DNA of 64,000 nt from the human T2T-CHM13v2.0 reference genome, Homo sapiens. The notes beneath the pieces are model-generated. The model had not been told where the DNA came from and made no database searches. It saw only the letters and a program-made list of their open reading frames with translations. Below, in pieces: positions 13,847-26,265 of the stretch (positions within the stretch are counted from its first letter, which is position 1; every line of letters begins with the position of its first letter). The stretch lies in assembly GCF_009914755.1 (NCBI RefSeq), contig NC_060946.1; one strand, 5' to 3'. The position numbers and the translations under genes are program-made.

Positions 13847-14622
13847 CTGGCAGAGGGAAGGGGCAGAAGTGGGTGCACACCCTAAGTGAGGCCAACTCCT
13901 TTTCCACCTGAGAGCAGCCGCGCCACTTGCTCATTTGCAACACAGCTGCTCAGGTGCAGGCCTGGAGGCCCTTCTTACGCAGGGACAGACCTGCCTACCA
14001 GACCACCCCCGCTCCTGAGGGGCCCGGCCAAGAGCACCCTCCTGCCTTTGCAACGCGGGGCCGCATCAAAGCCTGTGGGGCTCTGTTTCTTTTAAAATAC
14101 AGCAACAGTCACACATGATGGGCTGCGACAGACAAAGACAGGGTGTGCCTGTGGAGGGCAGGCCTGGCCTCACGGGCCCACTTCTATGCACCTCCTCCTC
14201 TCAGTAGCCCTGACTGCCACCCCAACTCCACAGCTGAGGCCTGCGCCCCCTCGCAAGCTTGGGTTCTTCTCATTCTTCCCAGCCTCGTCCCTGACCCCCT
14301 CAGCCCCCCACAACCAGACTGCGATGCAGAACCCATCTCCAGGTATGTAGCTTTGGGAGCCAGTCAGCAGAATTAAAGGCCTTGTATAAAGCCACAGGTT
14401 GGCTCAGGCACCCAGCTGCAGCTGGATGACTGCAGGCCAAGTCGCCTGGTGCTCGTGGGTAGGTGGTGGTTGGGTGGAATGAGATGCATTCCAGCCATGG
14501 TGGAGCCAAGAAGGAACCAGGAGGCCCAACGGCGGCCTCACTGAGCTTGATTTTGCTGGAAAGCATATTGCCTTCATCTTCCCTGAGCTCCCACCACAGG
14601 GGCGGGGAGGGCGGACCCCTAC

Positions 14623-14736
14623 CATCATCCAGCTCAGCACCAGTGTCCCCTGGGTCCCCATCCTCTGCTGCCTCCCCTTCTATCTCGGCTGGTTCTGAGT
14701 CCACATCTTCCTCTAGGTCATTCTCATCCAATGGGG
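14623..14736 (-). CDS. MICAL3: MICAL3 coding exon (APLDENDLEEDVDSEPAEIEGEAAEDGDPGDTGAELDD)
   Basis: tttgcag|CCCC acceptor, GATG|GTAGG donor, 114 nt, phase 1 to 1. Confidence 0.94.
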
Positions 14737-15153
14737 CTGCAAAGCAGAAAGGTTCAAAGGAAGGAAGAAAAGGAGGACAGACAGACAGGCTGCATCTTCA
14801 CGGGGGCGAGAGGTACTGCCTTTCTCAGGGCGCTGCCATGCAGGCCCCAGGAGAGGGGAGATGCTGCCAGGCCCAGGGGGCTCTCCACACGTAGCATGGG
14901 TGCTGGGGGGGGCCCGGGGCCCCCAAACACAGGAGGTGGGCATTTCTCAATGCTAGGGGCCAAGTGGGAAGAGAAGAGCGGCTGAAGGTGGGGGCATTGT
15001 TCCTCTTCCCCCAAAGGTTGCTGTAGGAACCTCAGTTGGAGGAGGGTGGAAAGGGAAATGCTGTTTCTCTGGGCCTTGGCCCAGCAGCATCTGCCAAAGC
15101 CTGGCTGTGTGCTGACCGCCTCACACACCATGGGTCATTCAGCCCTCATAATG

Positions 15154-15500
15154 CAGGCTGAGCATCCTGAATCTGAAAATCCAAGATCCAAAATGCTCCA
15201 AAATCTGAAATTTTCTGAGCACTGACAAGAGGCCAAGTGGAAAATTCCACAGCAGACCTCGTGGTGACAGTCACACCTAAAATTGTTTCATGCATAAAAT
15301 TATTAAAAATATTATATAAAATTATCTTTAGGCTACGTGTACAAGGTATATATGACACATAAATACATTTCGTGTTTAGACTTGTGTCCCATCCCCAAGA
15401 TCTCTCCTTATGTATATGCAGAGATTACAACATCCGAAAAAAATTCGAAATCCAAAACACTTCTGGTCTCAAACATTTCAGGTAAGAAACACTCAGCCTG
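15154..15500 (+). mobile_element. Tigger4/MER46-type DNA transposon relic
   Basis: Terminal inverted repeats caggctgag...ctcagcctg; internal aaaatccaa/tccgaaa motifs. Confidence 0.8.
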
Positions 15501-17334
15501 CAACATAATTAGAGGGACCGTTTCTTTAGCGAGAAGTCTGAGGTCCAGCCAGCTGAGGGGGTTGTCCACAGCGCTGTGTGCAGGGGCACCAGATGAGCTT
15601 CCCTTGCAATAATTTAGAGAAATACTAATACTTTGGGAGAGCATTGGGGGCTGAAGGTACGTAAAGTTCATCCTCTGGACTCCAAGTGGCCCTTCAGGGC
15701 TGCAAAATGAGGCAAAACCCTCGACAACTTCCCCTCCCCAGGAGCCGGCCCCTAAGCACGCACACACCGTCCCCACCTCCCACACTCCGAACTTGCACCA
15801 GCAGGAAGAGGGCGGCACGCTCTGCTCTGAGGACACTGTGAGACCCGCACCACCTGAGACCCACAGGACCACTGGCCGGGGGCCTGCGGGCTCTCCTAGG
15901 GTTCAAGCCCAGCCACCCTCAAATTACCCCTAAGGGTTTTAATTTCAGGAGAAAGGAGTTATGCTCTGATGTCCATATACAAGAGTCCGCACGGATCAAA
16001 GCCCCAGGCTGGGGAGCAGGGAACTGATGGCGCCCGGTTAGGTGGATTTCTTAAAAAGCCATGTGGAAATGGGAGGGCGCAGCCTCGGAAGTAGCATCTT
16101 CTCTCCACAGGCCAGGCACTTAGAAGATGCTGGCAACGTTTTATCCCTTGAACAGGGTGGCAGTTATATGATTTTCTGTTTCTTTAATAATTCCTTAAGC
16201 TTATTTTTATCTTTTATGCACAGTTTGTAAGATGACGGTTCAAATCTAGTGTTTGAAGAACTGTATGAAACAGGTTTGGAAGGGAACAGACGGCCCACGT
16301 CACAGGGAGAGATAGGCGGGTTCCCAGACTAGCTGACAGTTAGGGCCATGTGCCTCCCTGAGATACCAGAGTGGCCCACGTTGCTGGCCGTGCCAAATGC
16401 TATCCTACAGCATCGGCACCTGCTGGGGGAAGCAGGGGGGAAATGCCTCAAGTATTTCTATTGGTTAAAACCTCGGTGTGAGAACACTGCTTTTGGCCAC
16501 TCAAGGAAGACAGTTCATCAAACACCAGGGAGTGGGACTTCTGGAGCAAAGATAAAAGAATTCATGGCTGCACTACACCGATTCTGAAAAGGAGGAACAA
16601 ACGCCCCGTTTGGAACAGAATCTGGCCCATCCCATGGAGAGGGCCACTGTGCCTGACAGATTTGTTGGGGTGAATCTGGGTGCCCAGGGATCAATATGGC
16701 AACTCTACACTCTTGCTGGCGAGGGAACTGGAGGCCAGCACCAAGGAGACCCAAACAGGCCTCCCAGCCAGGCACAGCCCAGGGCACCCTGGGTTAGCCT
16801 GATCCCGCCCTGGTGCCTGGGTCCTTCACGCGGCTCTCCTGTAGACTTTCTATTAAGAAATGCCTGTGGTAGAGTCAGGCGGGTGAGAAGTCTACACTCC
16901 TTGGCAGTACCTTGAAAGGAAAAATCGTCACAGATAAAAAAAAATAAACAGGTGAGAAATATCAACGCAGCAGCAGCAGTGTTGAAAGGGACACAGCTTG
17001 AGGGGTGGATCTGGGGGTGAAATTCAGGTTAAGACGGAGTGCAGGGTGCTAGAAGCTGCCACGCAGGTTGATGAGCCACGTGCTATGAAAGCCAGGAGCC
17101 ACTGACCCGCTCAGCTCTTGGTTTCCTTCAGCCGCCAGCTGGGAGGCTCTTGCCCCACCGCCCTAGGGACCCAAGCTATCTAGAAGAGGAGCCAGCCGTC
17201 TCTGCGCAAAGAGCAGTGGCCCTTCCCTGCGGCTGTGTGTGCCTGTTTCTCCCACTGCCGGGAGGACACAGGGACAGGCTGCTGAAGCCCCACGAGCTCC
17301 CATGTCCGCATCCCAGAAGTGACCGCTAGGACAG

Positions 17335-17525
17335 TGGTGCTGTTGGCGATAACACTGCCCTTCCTCCAGCAGTGTCTGACAACTCGTGGAGGGATTTTTG
17401 GTGTCTTCATAGGTGGTGGAGGCTGCACGGACACTCCAAGGGCCGAGGCCAAGAATGTTAAACCTTCTGCAAGGGAAAGAGCTGTCCTGCCCCAAATGCC
17501 AGTAGCCCCTCGGTGAGAAACACAC
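17335..17525. mobile_element. Diverged hAT-Charlie MER (MER3/MER20-like)
   Basis: ggccgaggccaagaatgttaaaccttctgc...cccaaatgccagtag...tgagaaacac. Confidence 0.45.
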
Positions 17526-18129
17526 ACTTCCAGAAACATGTAGGAAGGACAACTCAGGCTGCTCAACGATCTCTTGTACTTGAAGAGACGCCTGCAGCTC
17601 GGGCTGGATTTGACTGGTGTCACCCCTGGTCACACCCAGCCTGTCCCCACTTTCTGCTGAATAGCACCCGCCCATCCTCTGCTCTTCCCTCTCCACCATC
17701 ATCCTCCCATAAACCCCCTGGTTTTGACAGCCTCCTTCTCTGATAGCTTGGTAGGCTTGTGGAATATCTTCTGATTCCTCCCCTTTCACACTCAATCGGT
17801 AACCACCTCATTCTCAACACATTTTAAAACTCTCAGTGCCAAAAACGTTCCTTTGGCTTTGGCCTTTTTATCCGACTCTTATCAATAAAAACCTGCCTGT
17901 GTCTGTCCTGCCTGCCCTCACGTTTCCCTCTGAGCTGCCCTGAAGGGGGGGTGTGCGTCTGATCCATGCAAGGGCGGGCTGTCTGGCAAGGCATGCAGGT
18001 ACCCCCACCCGCCTCTGCCGCCCTGGCATGCACTTGCAACAGGCCCAGGAGTCTAGTGTTAAGGTACCAGCAGAGCCGCCTAGAGAGAGGTTACGGTGAG
18101 TGGGGAGAGAGTGAACATCACCAGACTAC

Positions 18130-18192
18130 CTCCGGAGACCGTCTCCAGCCAGGCCTGCACCGCCGCGTGGCGTATGGAGGGAAGGTCGGGCA
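18130..18192 (-). CDS. MICAL3: Putative 63-nt in-frame cassette exon (VPDLPSIRHAAVQAWLETVSG)
   Basis: aaattcag|TGCCCG acceptor, GGAG|GTAGT donor, phase 1 to 1 matching the host intron, no stop, three TGCATG motifs downstream. Confidence 0.75.
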
Positions 18193-19319
18193 CTGAATTT
18201 AAAACAGACGACAAATACAAAGTTACACAGCAATATGCGTTCCCAACGAGGAGAGCCAAGGTCATCCTTAAAATCCCAAAGAGAAAGAAAGTGAGAAGGC
18301 ATTCAGGACAGACGCCTGTCTGGCACCAACAAGGGGTGCGAGCCCTGATGTTAGCCTGTGTGATGGAGAATCAGGATGAGAAGAGAAGAGGGAAAACCCA
18401 AGGTAGGGCCACCGCCGGCCCAGGGCTGCAGAGCGCTCCCCAGCTCACAGGCCAGCCCAGTGATGCGGGTGCTCATGGTGCCACCACAAGCCGGAAACGG
18501 AGGTTGGTCTTGCCTACAAGTGAAGATTTGGGGCCAGGGAGGAACAAACGTCTTATTAATGCTGTTTTATGATGGCAGGAAATGCCCCTTTTGTATGCTC
18601 AGAGCCTGGCAGGGGGTGTGGCCCGTGACCGGCGCTGAATGAAAATGTGCACGCACAGAAGTGACAGCAGAGGTGACTCCGAGGGTGGGTATTTGGAAGA
18701 CAGCATGCCAGGAAAGATGGCACAGCGGCCACCACGTCCCTCAGCAGTCTCCACGGTCCTTCTCTTATTGCTATTCCTTTATTTAAAAAAGCCAGAATAA
18801 GGTTCATCTTCATCCTACTGTGTGACACAGACCGTCACACCTAAAGCCTGGGGCTGGAGACGATGCTACTGTGGAGGCCTCCTGGACAGAAATCTCTTCC
18901 CAAGACTTCATTTCACTTCCAAACATGCCCCTCCCGCCCCCTTCCTGCCAACACACATTCACGTCCAGACACACTCTAAGAAAAGTACCAGAACGTTTTA
19001 CGAAGTGAGGAAAGAGCAGCGGTGACCAGAAACATGAGAGAAAGACAGAAAATTCTTGGTTTACCCAAGATCAGGTTCATTTTACCATTTTGCATCAATG
19101 GAGAAAGAGTCCACAACCTCTTAATCCACAGAGAACTTTACATATCCTCAGATGAAAAGTACAGGTGTCACAACTGACAGCAGCAAAGCGGGATGCGCCT
19201 GGCTCCCGTGTGTGACCTCATGGGTGGCTCTGCCCTGACAGAAAGGCCCCCTGTGGCGACAGAGGCAGCAGGCGGGTGGTGCTCGGGGCACACTGCGGCC
19301 TGGGGCTGGGAGTGTTTAC

Positions 19320-19457
19320 CTCCGGAAGCAGAGGACTCAGAGGCCGGCGCCATCCTCTCTTCCTCCTCTCTCTCACGGATATGAGTCCAGTGCACGTCAG
19401 CCTGGATCTCCAGAGGATCCGCCGCGTGCATGACCTGCTGGAGCCTCTGGTTCCCGG
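19320..19457 (-). CDS. MICAL3: MICAL3 coding exon (AGNQRLQQVMHAADPLEIQADVHWTHIRE...SSASG)
   Basis: cactag|CCGGG acceptor, GGAG|GTAAA donor, 138 nt, phase 1 to 1. Confidence 0.93.
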
Positions 19458-19604
19458 CTAGTGTCCCAGGGTCAAGGGGTGGAGAAATGAGGTGGGGAAG
19501 GAGGGGATGAAATAGCATGGGAAAGGAAACAGAAAGAGAAGTTACAGCATTGGCCAGGGTCAGTATGAATCAGAAAGAAGTAAAAATTAAGAACATGTAT
19601 GCAC

Positions 19605-19660
19605 ATGTATACACACACACACACACACAGACGCATGGACACACAGACACACACGCACAG
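19605..19660. repeat. (CA)n-rich microsatellite, (UG)n on the pre-mRNA
   Basis: Direct inspection. Confidence 0.9.
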
Positions 19661-20676
19661 TCCTTCTGCTCATTCAGTGTGACCTGGTCATTTCCAGCCG
19701 TATATGTACCATTCAATTCAGTGAAGAGAATCACACATTCCTTTCTGAGGCTCCTTTCATCCTGAGCTGCATTCAGGGGGCCCATGCACCAAGATGGAAA
19801 AAGAGCAGATTCCAGCCTGCTTCTGCAGGCCCAGCCCCAAGGGGTCACAAGGACCTGCTTTGTCCCTAGCACAGTGTGAGACCCCAGGATGCACTATCCT
19901 GCCCCTCTGCTGGTCACACAGCAAGGTGCCCACCACCACTCGCCCAGCTGATGGCCAGGTGACGAGAGAGGTGGGAAGAGATTGTGTCATTCTGCCGCCA
20001 GCCGGCCAGCTCACACAGGACAGAGATAGACTTTGCTGGCACTTCGGTTTGCATCTTCTGCAGCTGGAGCTGCTGCTGGAGAGAAAAAGTCCCCGTCCCT
20101 TAGTGGGCCTCATGCTGCATGCTGGGTCTGAGGCAAGGACACGGATCCCAGTGGAGGGTAGAGTCAGGGGAGGTGATGGCTGGGAGGGAAGCAGAGCTCT
20201 TTCATGTACGTTTCCAAACCCTTGGAATTTCACAGGCGAGAATGAGACCAACAGCTCTCTGAGGTCAAAGCCCTCACCTGAGAACTCCATGTGGTGCCCT
20301 GCTTATCACCTCTGGAAACAAGGCCTGGTTTCTCAGCTACATGGAAACTCACCAGTGGCCCCTCTGGATCCCTGCCCTGTGGGATCCCTGTACTTAGTGC
20401 TTGGACCGTGCCACACAGTTGGGTTAAGATAAAGGGACAGCTAGCAACTGGGAAGGGAAGGTGGCTGTTCAGCAGGTGCCACCTGATCTGAAGGATTCGT
20501 GTTCCTGCCAGGAGCCAGCTTCCATCTGGGAATGGGTGACATGCCTCCTCTGAGTCTAACCAGACAATCTGGCCTTGGCTTCAGTCACTATGACAGCCTC
20601 TTCAAGCAACAGGGAATGTGAAATGGGCAGAAAGGACCAGCAAGACCACCCAGTGTGATGCTGGCCCTGTGCTCTG

Positions 20677-21199
<523 letters not shown>

Positions 21200-23529
21200 T
21201 AACAGCCTGGATGCACAGGACTGAGGAAGGTAAGTCAAAGAGTGCAGGGCCTTTCTCTACCTTCTCAGCAACAAAGAGAAGAGACACATTCTTCTCTCAG
21301 AGTCCTGCTGTGCTTCCTGCTAATACATGCAGCCTTGGGGACTTATCGACAGCACAAGCCAGCATTTCCTCCTTTCTCAGAGAAACATTAAAGGCACCTG
21401 CACTGGCGATAGGTTTCCTGCATCAGAGAAGGAGCCAAGTCTTGGCTGGAGATGAGCTTGCAGTAAAACATATGCGGCATAGATGGGGCCGCATTCCATG
21501 AGGCCACTTCTGGAGCCTTCTCCAACTTCCTCCAGAACCTCTTCTGACTCACATGTTACTTTGCGCCTGACTGTCTGGGCAGGCTGGGACCAGGGAGAGT
21601 AGCCCAGTGAGATGTGTGCAGAGCCCGTCAGCACAGTTCCATAAAACACAGACCTTTGTCTGTGAGACATGCTCTTGGAGGCAAATTTTGGATGGCTGCC
21701 AGGGAGCTGGGGTAGAAGGTGGGCACGGGGTAAAGTGGGTACCTTTAAATGTCCTCAAATCTTCTTCCTGTGGGAGGTACCTGGCGCCACTGGCCTTGCA
21801 GTTCTGTGTCCCAGGGGCAGTACTCCCCTTCTACAGCAGGGGGAGCCAGAGACCCACACAGCATCAGGAATCCCACAGCGCGATCAAGCAGGGAGGGAAG
21901 AGAAGGGAGTAGTGGTGTCCAGCCACTGCCTGCACAGGCACCGTCGGCTGCCCGACAGACACACCTGCGCTAGGGACACAGGCTCCGGTCTGGGACTCTC
22001 GGAGTTTGGCTGAATCTGTCAGTATGTGTTTGTGTAGTTAAAGCTCTTTTCCTACAGGTTTGGTCTTGACGTTAGCACTAAGTCCAGGAAATTAAGTCTG
22101 CGTGAAGGAAAGCTCGGCTCAACTCTCCTGAAAAGGGAACGTGCTTCGACCCGAAGCTGTGCCAGGGCTCAAAGCTGCCGAGTGATCATCATCAGATGGA
22201 GATGACGATGTCTGGAACAGTGCAAACAAAACACCGTGCCCTGGACCAGCTGTGCATGCTCACTCTGCTGGCTAGCAGAGGCCACGCCGGCACCTGGCTC
22301 CGCAGACACGGCAGCATGGAGGGAGAGCCCAGATTCACAGACCCCATTTCTCCTAAGGCAGACAGGGTGTGGAGTGCGGGTCACTAAGGGCTGCCTGTGG
22401 GTCCTGCCCAGCCTCTGCCTCAGAGGGAAGAGTAGAGAACTGGGAGAGCAGGTCCTTAGGGAGCCCGAGGAAGTCCCTGACGCCAGCTGTTCTCGCGGAC
22501 GCCCAACGGTGCGGTTCCTTCTGCTAACCCACCTCACTGGGGCCAACATCCTGGAGCTGCACAGCTCCCAGGGGACTGGATCAGGAACATGAGCCCTGTC
22601 AGGCAAGGGCTCAGCCCTGTGTGCCAGAGAAAACAGACCCCCGGATGGGACTGGGCAGCAAGCACACAGGTGCCAGGAGAAGCAGAGATGAGCACAGTGC
22701 CAGCTCTGCAGGGCCTGGGGTCACTGAGAACTCAACCGATCCTCTGACCGCTGCAGGGAGTCACTGGTGCTCAGAAATTAAAGGTCATGTCCTTCCTGCT
22801 CACTCCACATCTATCTTTTGGGGACTCAGATCTCCACCTGCCCTGGCTCCGTCTTCACCACCCCCCAGACTTCTGCGCTGCTGGAGCAGAGAAAGAATGG
22901 CCTTCTCTCCTGCACAGGCCCAGCAAGTCCCTCCTCATCACTTGAGGCCACACACACCCAGAGATGGGGCAGAATTGAAAAATCTCAAGTCCAAGGCAAG
23001 AGACTATTTCAGAACCAGCCAGAGTGGCTGGCCCCTGGGCCTGAGTATCCCTTCAGGACACTGTCCCCAAAACGCTGCCCTGCGTGCCATCAACTGAGCC
23101 CCATCCAGTGGGCACTAAGCTCATAGCCACCTCCGAAACCCTAGACTAGGATCAGGGAATCCTCTAGAAAGCTAAATTCCCTTTCCTTATTAATTTTTTC
23201 AACTGAAACTACAGGGCAAAAAGAGAAAACGAGGTGGAGACAAGTAGGAGTGGCCTAACTTGGATGAGTACTTGGACTGGCTCTCTGCCTTCCACTTCCA
23301 GTTTCTAAACCAATGTGCACAAGGGACATTACTTCCACTGCCAACCGCCTGCTCAACGCTACGGTGTCCTCCCCTCTGCCCCCCATGTCTTATGTCAGGA
23401 GGGGTGGTCCCTGGGCTGTGCAGGAGGCACGTCCGTGTGACGTCAGCCCCAGAAACCTCTTACACTCACGCATGAAACAGATCACTTTGGGGGGCAGGGC
23501 AGAGTTCGGAGCAGAGATTTTGTTCTGAC

Positions 23530-23783
23530 CTTCACTGGACTCTTCCTCCTCCTCGTCATAGTCCTCCTCCTCCTCCTCTTCATATTCTTCCTCCTCCTCC
23601 TCCTCCTCTTCATTCCCAGGCCCAAAGCTCTTTGAGGCCTCTAGCTCCTCTTCACTTTTCCCTTTCAGAAGGGCATGGATCCGCACGGCCTCCTTCCACG
23701 GAACACCACCCAGGTCAGATGGGGGCAGGCGAGGCTCCTCCTCCTCCTCCTCTCCCTCCTCCTCCATCTCAGACTCGGAACTA
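23530..23783 (-). CDS. MICAL3: MICAL3 coding exon, acidic poly-Glu region (SSSESEMEEEGEEEEEEPRLPP...EEEEESSE)
   Basis: cacag|TAGTTCC acceptor, GAAG|GTCAG donor, 254 nt, phase 2 to 1. Confidence 0.95.
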
Positions 23784-25359
23784 CTGTGAGGAAATAACCA
23801 CATAGCCAGAGTGAGGGAATGAAGAAAAACTGAGAAGGGGAAGGGGAAGGGCCACCATCAGAAACAATGCATGTCAGGCAAAGCAGCTGCTGAGCAGGCG
23901 GAGAGAGACAGGAGGGAGGAGAGAGCGGCATCAGCAGGACAGGGTACCTGGGCATGAGAAGCCACCTACCCAAGCCCGACTAAGGGGACAAAGGGAAGAA
24001 TGCCTCCTGCTCACAGACCTCACGCACTTCTCCTCAGGTGGATGGGGTAGGGAGGGGACCACCGAAGGCTGCCTGTGGGTCTGGCCCAGCCTCTGCCTGT
24101 GGAGGGGAGTGTGCAGAACTGGGAGAGCAGCTCCTCACGGAGCCCATGGAAGTTCCTGACTGCAGCCGCTCAAACTCAAGCCACAGCCCCATCCCTCAGG
24201 GTGCTTCAAGCAGCAAACACTGAGATCGCTGGTTTACGTTTCATAGACGGCCTCGAGGGCACAAGCAGGGCAGTGGACTCATTCTGATATAAACCCATGA
24301 CCCTGGGAATTGAGAATGGAAAGTCTTCTCTCATCCTGGCCCACTGTCTAGTTAGAGGAACTCAATTCTGTGTGACTGCGGCCTGTCAGAAGCCTCTCAG
24401 GAGAGCTGTGGGTGTGGTGGGGGGAGGGGGGACCCAGAAAGGCCTGGACTTAACTGGCTGATGATCAAGGTCTGTGTGCTGGGGTGGGGCGACAGATTCC
24501 ATTTCCTGGCACTCCTTAGAACCCTACCACGTGCCAATCCCTGAGCAGGACACTGTGGGGACACACAGGGAAATGACGGCAAAGGCACCGCTCACTGCAA
24601 AGCCACAGGACAGAGACGATGGGGAAAGGGTGGAGACAAACCTCCAACCCCAGGGCCATCGCTCCTGCCAGCTGCTGCACTGCCAAGCACTCCCCTCACA
24701 GCTGCAGGCAAGCGTGGCCGACATAGGAAGCCGCACACCTGTAAGAATGCACATGCCACAACGGACACTACCCAAACCGTAGCTCCTCGCTCTGGCCACC
24801 CTCCTGCTGCAGTGTACCCCACTCCTGCCCTGTGGAGGGAGGCAGGACAGGAACAAAACCGGGTTCCTTGCAACCTGTGGGGCTCCAATACACGCAAAAC
24901 CCCAACATTGCTGCACAAATGGAGATGTTTCTGAGTGTTTCGTGGTCTGATAATTCCCAAAGCATCTTTTTCAGGAGAGGCCTTGCCTGCAGTGAGAGGC
25001 CGGGGGAAATCAGCTTTCACGTTAAAGCCATGGCCCGACCTCTGGCCCAACAAAATCCAAGAAGCATCAGGCACGAGAGGGCATCTGCCCTGACCTCCTG
25101 CGAGGGTGTGTCCTCTCTCTGCCCAGGCAGGCTCTCCCCTAGCCTGCTTGTGTGTGAGAGGGCGAACCAGTAAATACACCACGATGAGCACTGAGGGGCA
25201 CTGCCAGGGCGATCACTGCCAGGTGAAGAATCTCGCCTTGTCCAAAGAGAGGACTCCAGCCCTTGTCCTTGGCTCCACGAAAGTAACCTAGACACGCCTG
25301 GGGTGCCCTGCCTATGGGGCTGTCACTGTTTGCCGGAGACCCCGGTTCATGTTGCATAG

Positions 25360-25790
25360 TCTAGTAATGTGATTAGGGTGAGGCTTTGGGTAGCACGGTA
25401 TCCAGTGACCCGGAGACTGAGATCAACCATGTGGATAATCAATCAATCATTGCCTATGTAATAAAAACTCCAAACACAGGGTCTTAGTATTGCTCAGGTG
25501 AGCAATACTCCTGGCGTATCGTCACACATCGAGACCAAGAGAGTACAGCTGTCCTGGCCCCACAGTGAGCACAATGGAAGCTGAGTCTGGTTCCTTCCTG
25601 GACTCACCCTATGTACTTCTTCCCTTGGCTCACTGACATCTGTACCCTTTCCCTGTAACGAACCATAACCATGAGTACAACAGCTTTCAGTGAGTTCTGC
25701 GAGCTCTAGCAAACTATCAAACCTGTGGGTGATTCTGGGAGACTCCGGAATTCGCCACTGGGGTCAGAAGTGGGGCAGTCTTGTGGGCTG
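25360..25790 (+). mobile_element. LTR fragment, MER21-like
   Basis: aatcaatcattgcctatgtaataaaaactcc ... accatgagtacaacagctttcagtgagttctgcgag. Confidence 0.7.
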
Positions 25791-26109
25791 TATTCCCTCT
25801 TTTCAGCTGGCCATTTCCTCACTGTGCCACACCAGCTCTGCTACTGGCTGGCTGTGTGACTGTGAGTTGATTATTTGTGCTCTCTGAGTTTGCTCAATGA
25901 CACATTCATTCATTCACTCGGTGAACATTTCTGAGCACCTACAGCTCAGCCAGTGGACAAAAGAATATACTGCAAGGAGCTCAGGGTAGTGAATCAGCTT
26001 CACTTGTTCATTTACCTGGATAAAATTTATTCAATTATCTTCCCCTCACAACGCACTTGCTAGACACTGTAGGGAACACAAAGGTGACACAGAAAAGACT
26101 CTTATGCTC

Positions 26110-26265
26110 AGCTGGGCCCAGTAGCTCACATCTGTGATCCCAGCACTGTGGGAGGCTGAGGTGGGTGGATCATTTGAGCCCAGGAGTTTGAGACCATCCT
26201 GGGCAACCATGGGGAGACCCAGTCTCTACAAAAAATAAAGATAAAAATAAATTAAAAATAACAAA
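26110..26265 (+). mobile_element. FLAM (Alu left monomer)
   Basis: Left-arm consensus followed by A-rich tail. Confidence 0.85.

Noticed and set aside
17163-17795. 210-aa minus-strand ORF with a Glu/Gln-rich start
   Set aside because: No convincing acceptor, TTG start, and the distal part runs through a MER relic; it cannot be linked to the exon chain
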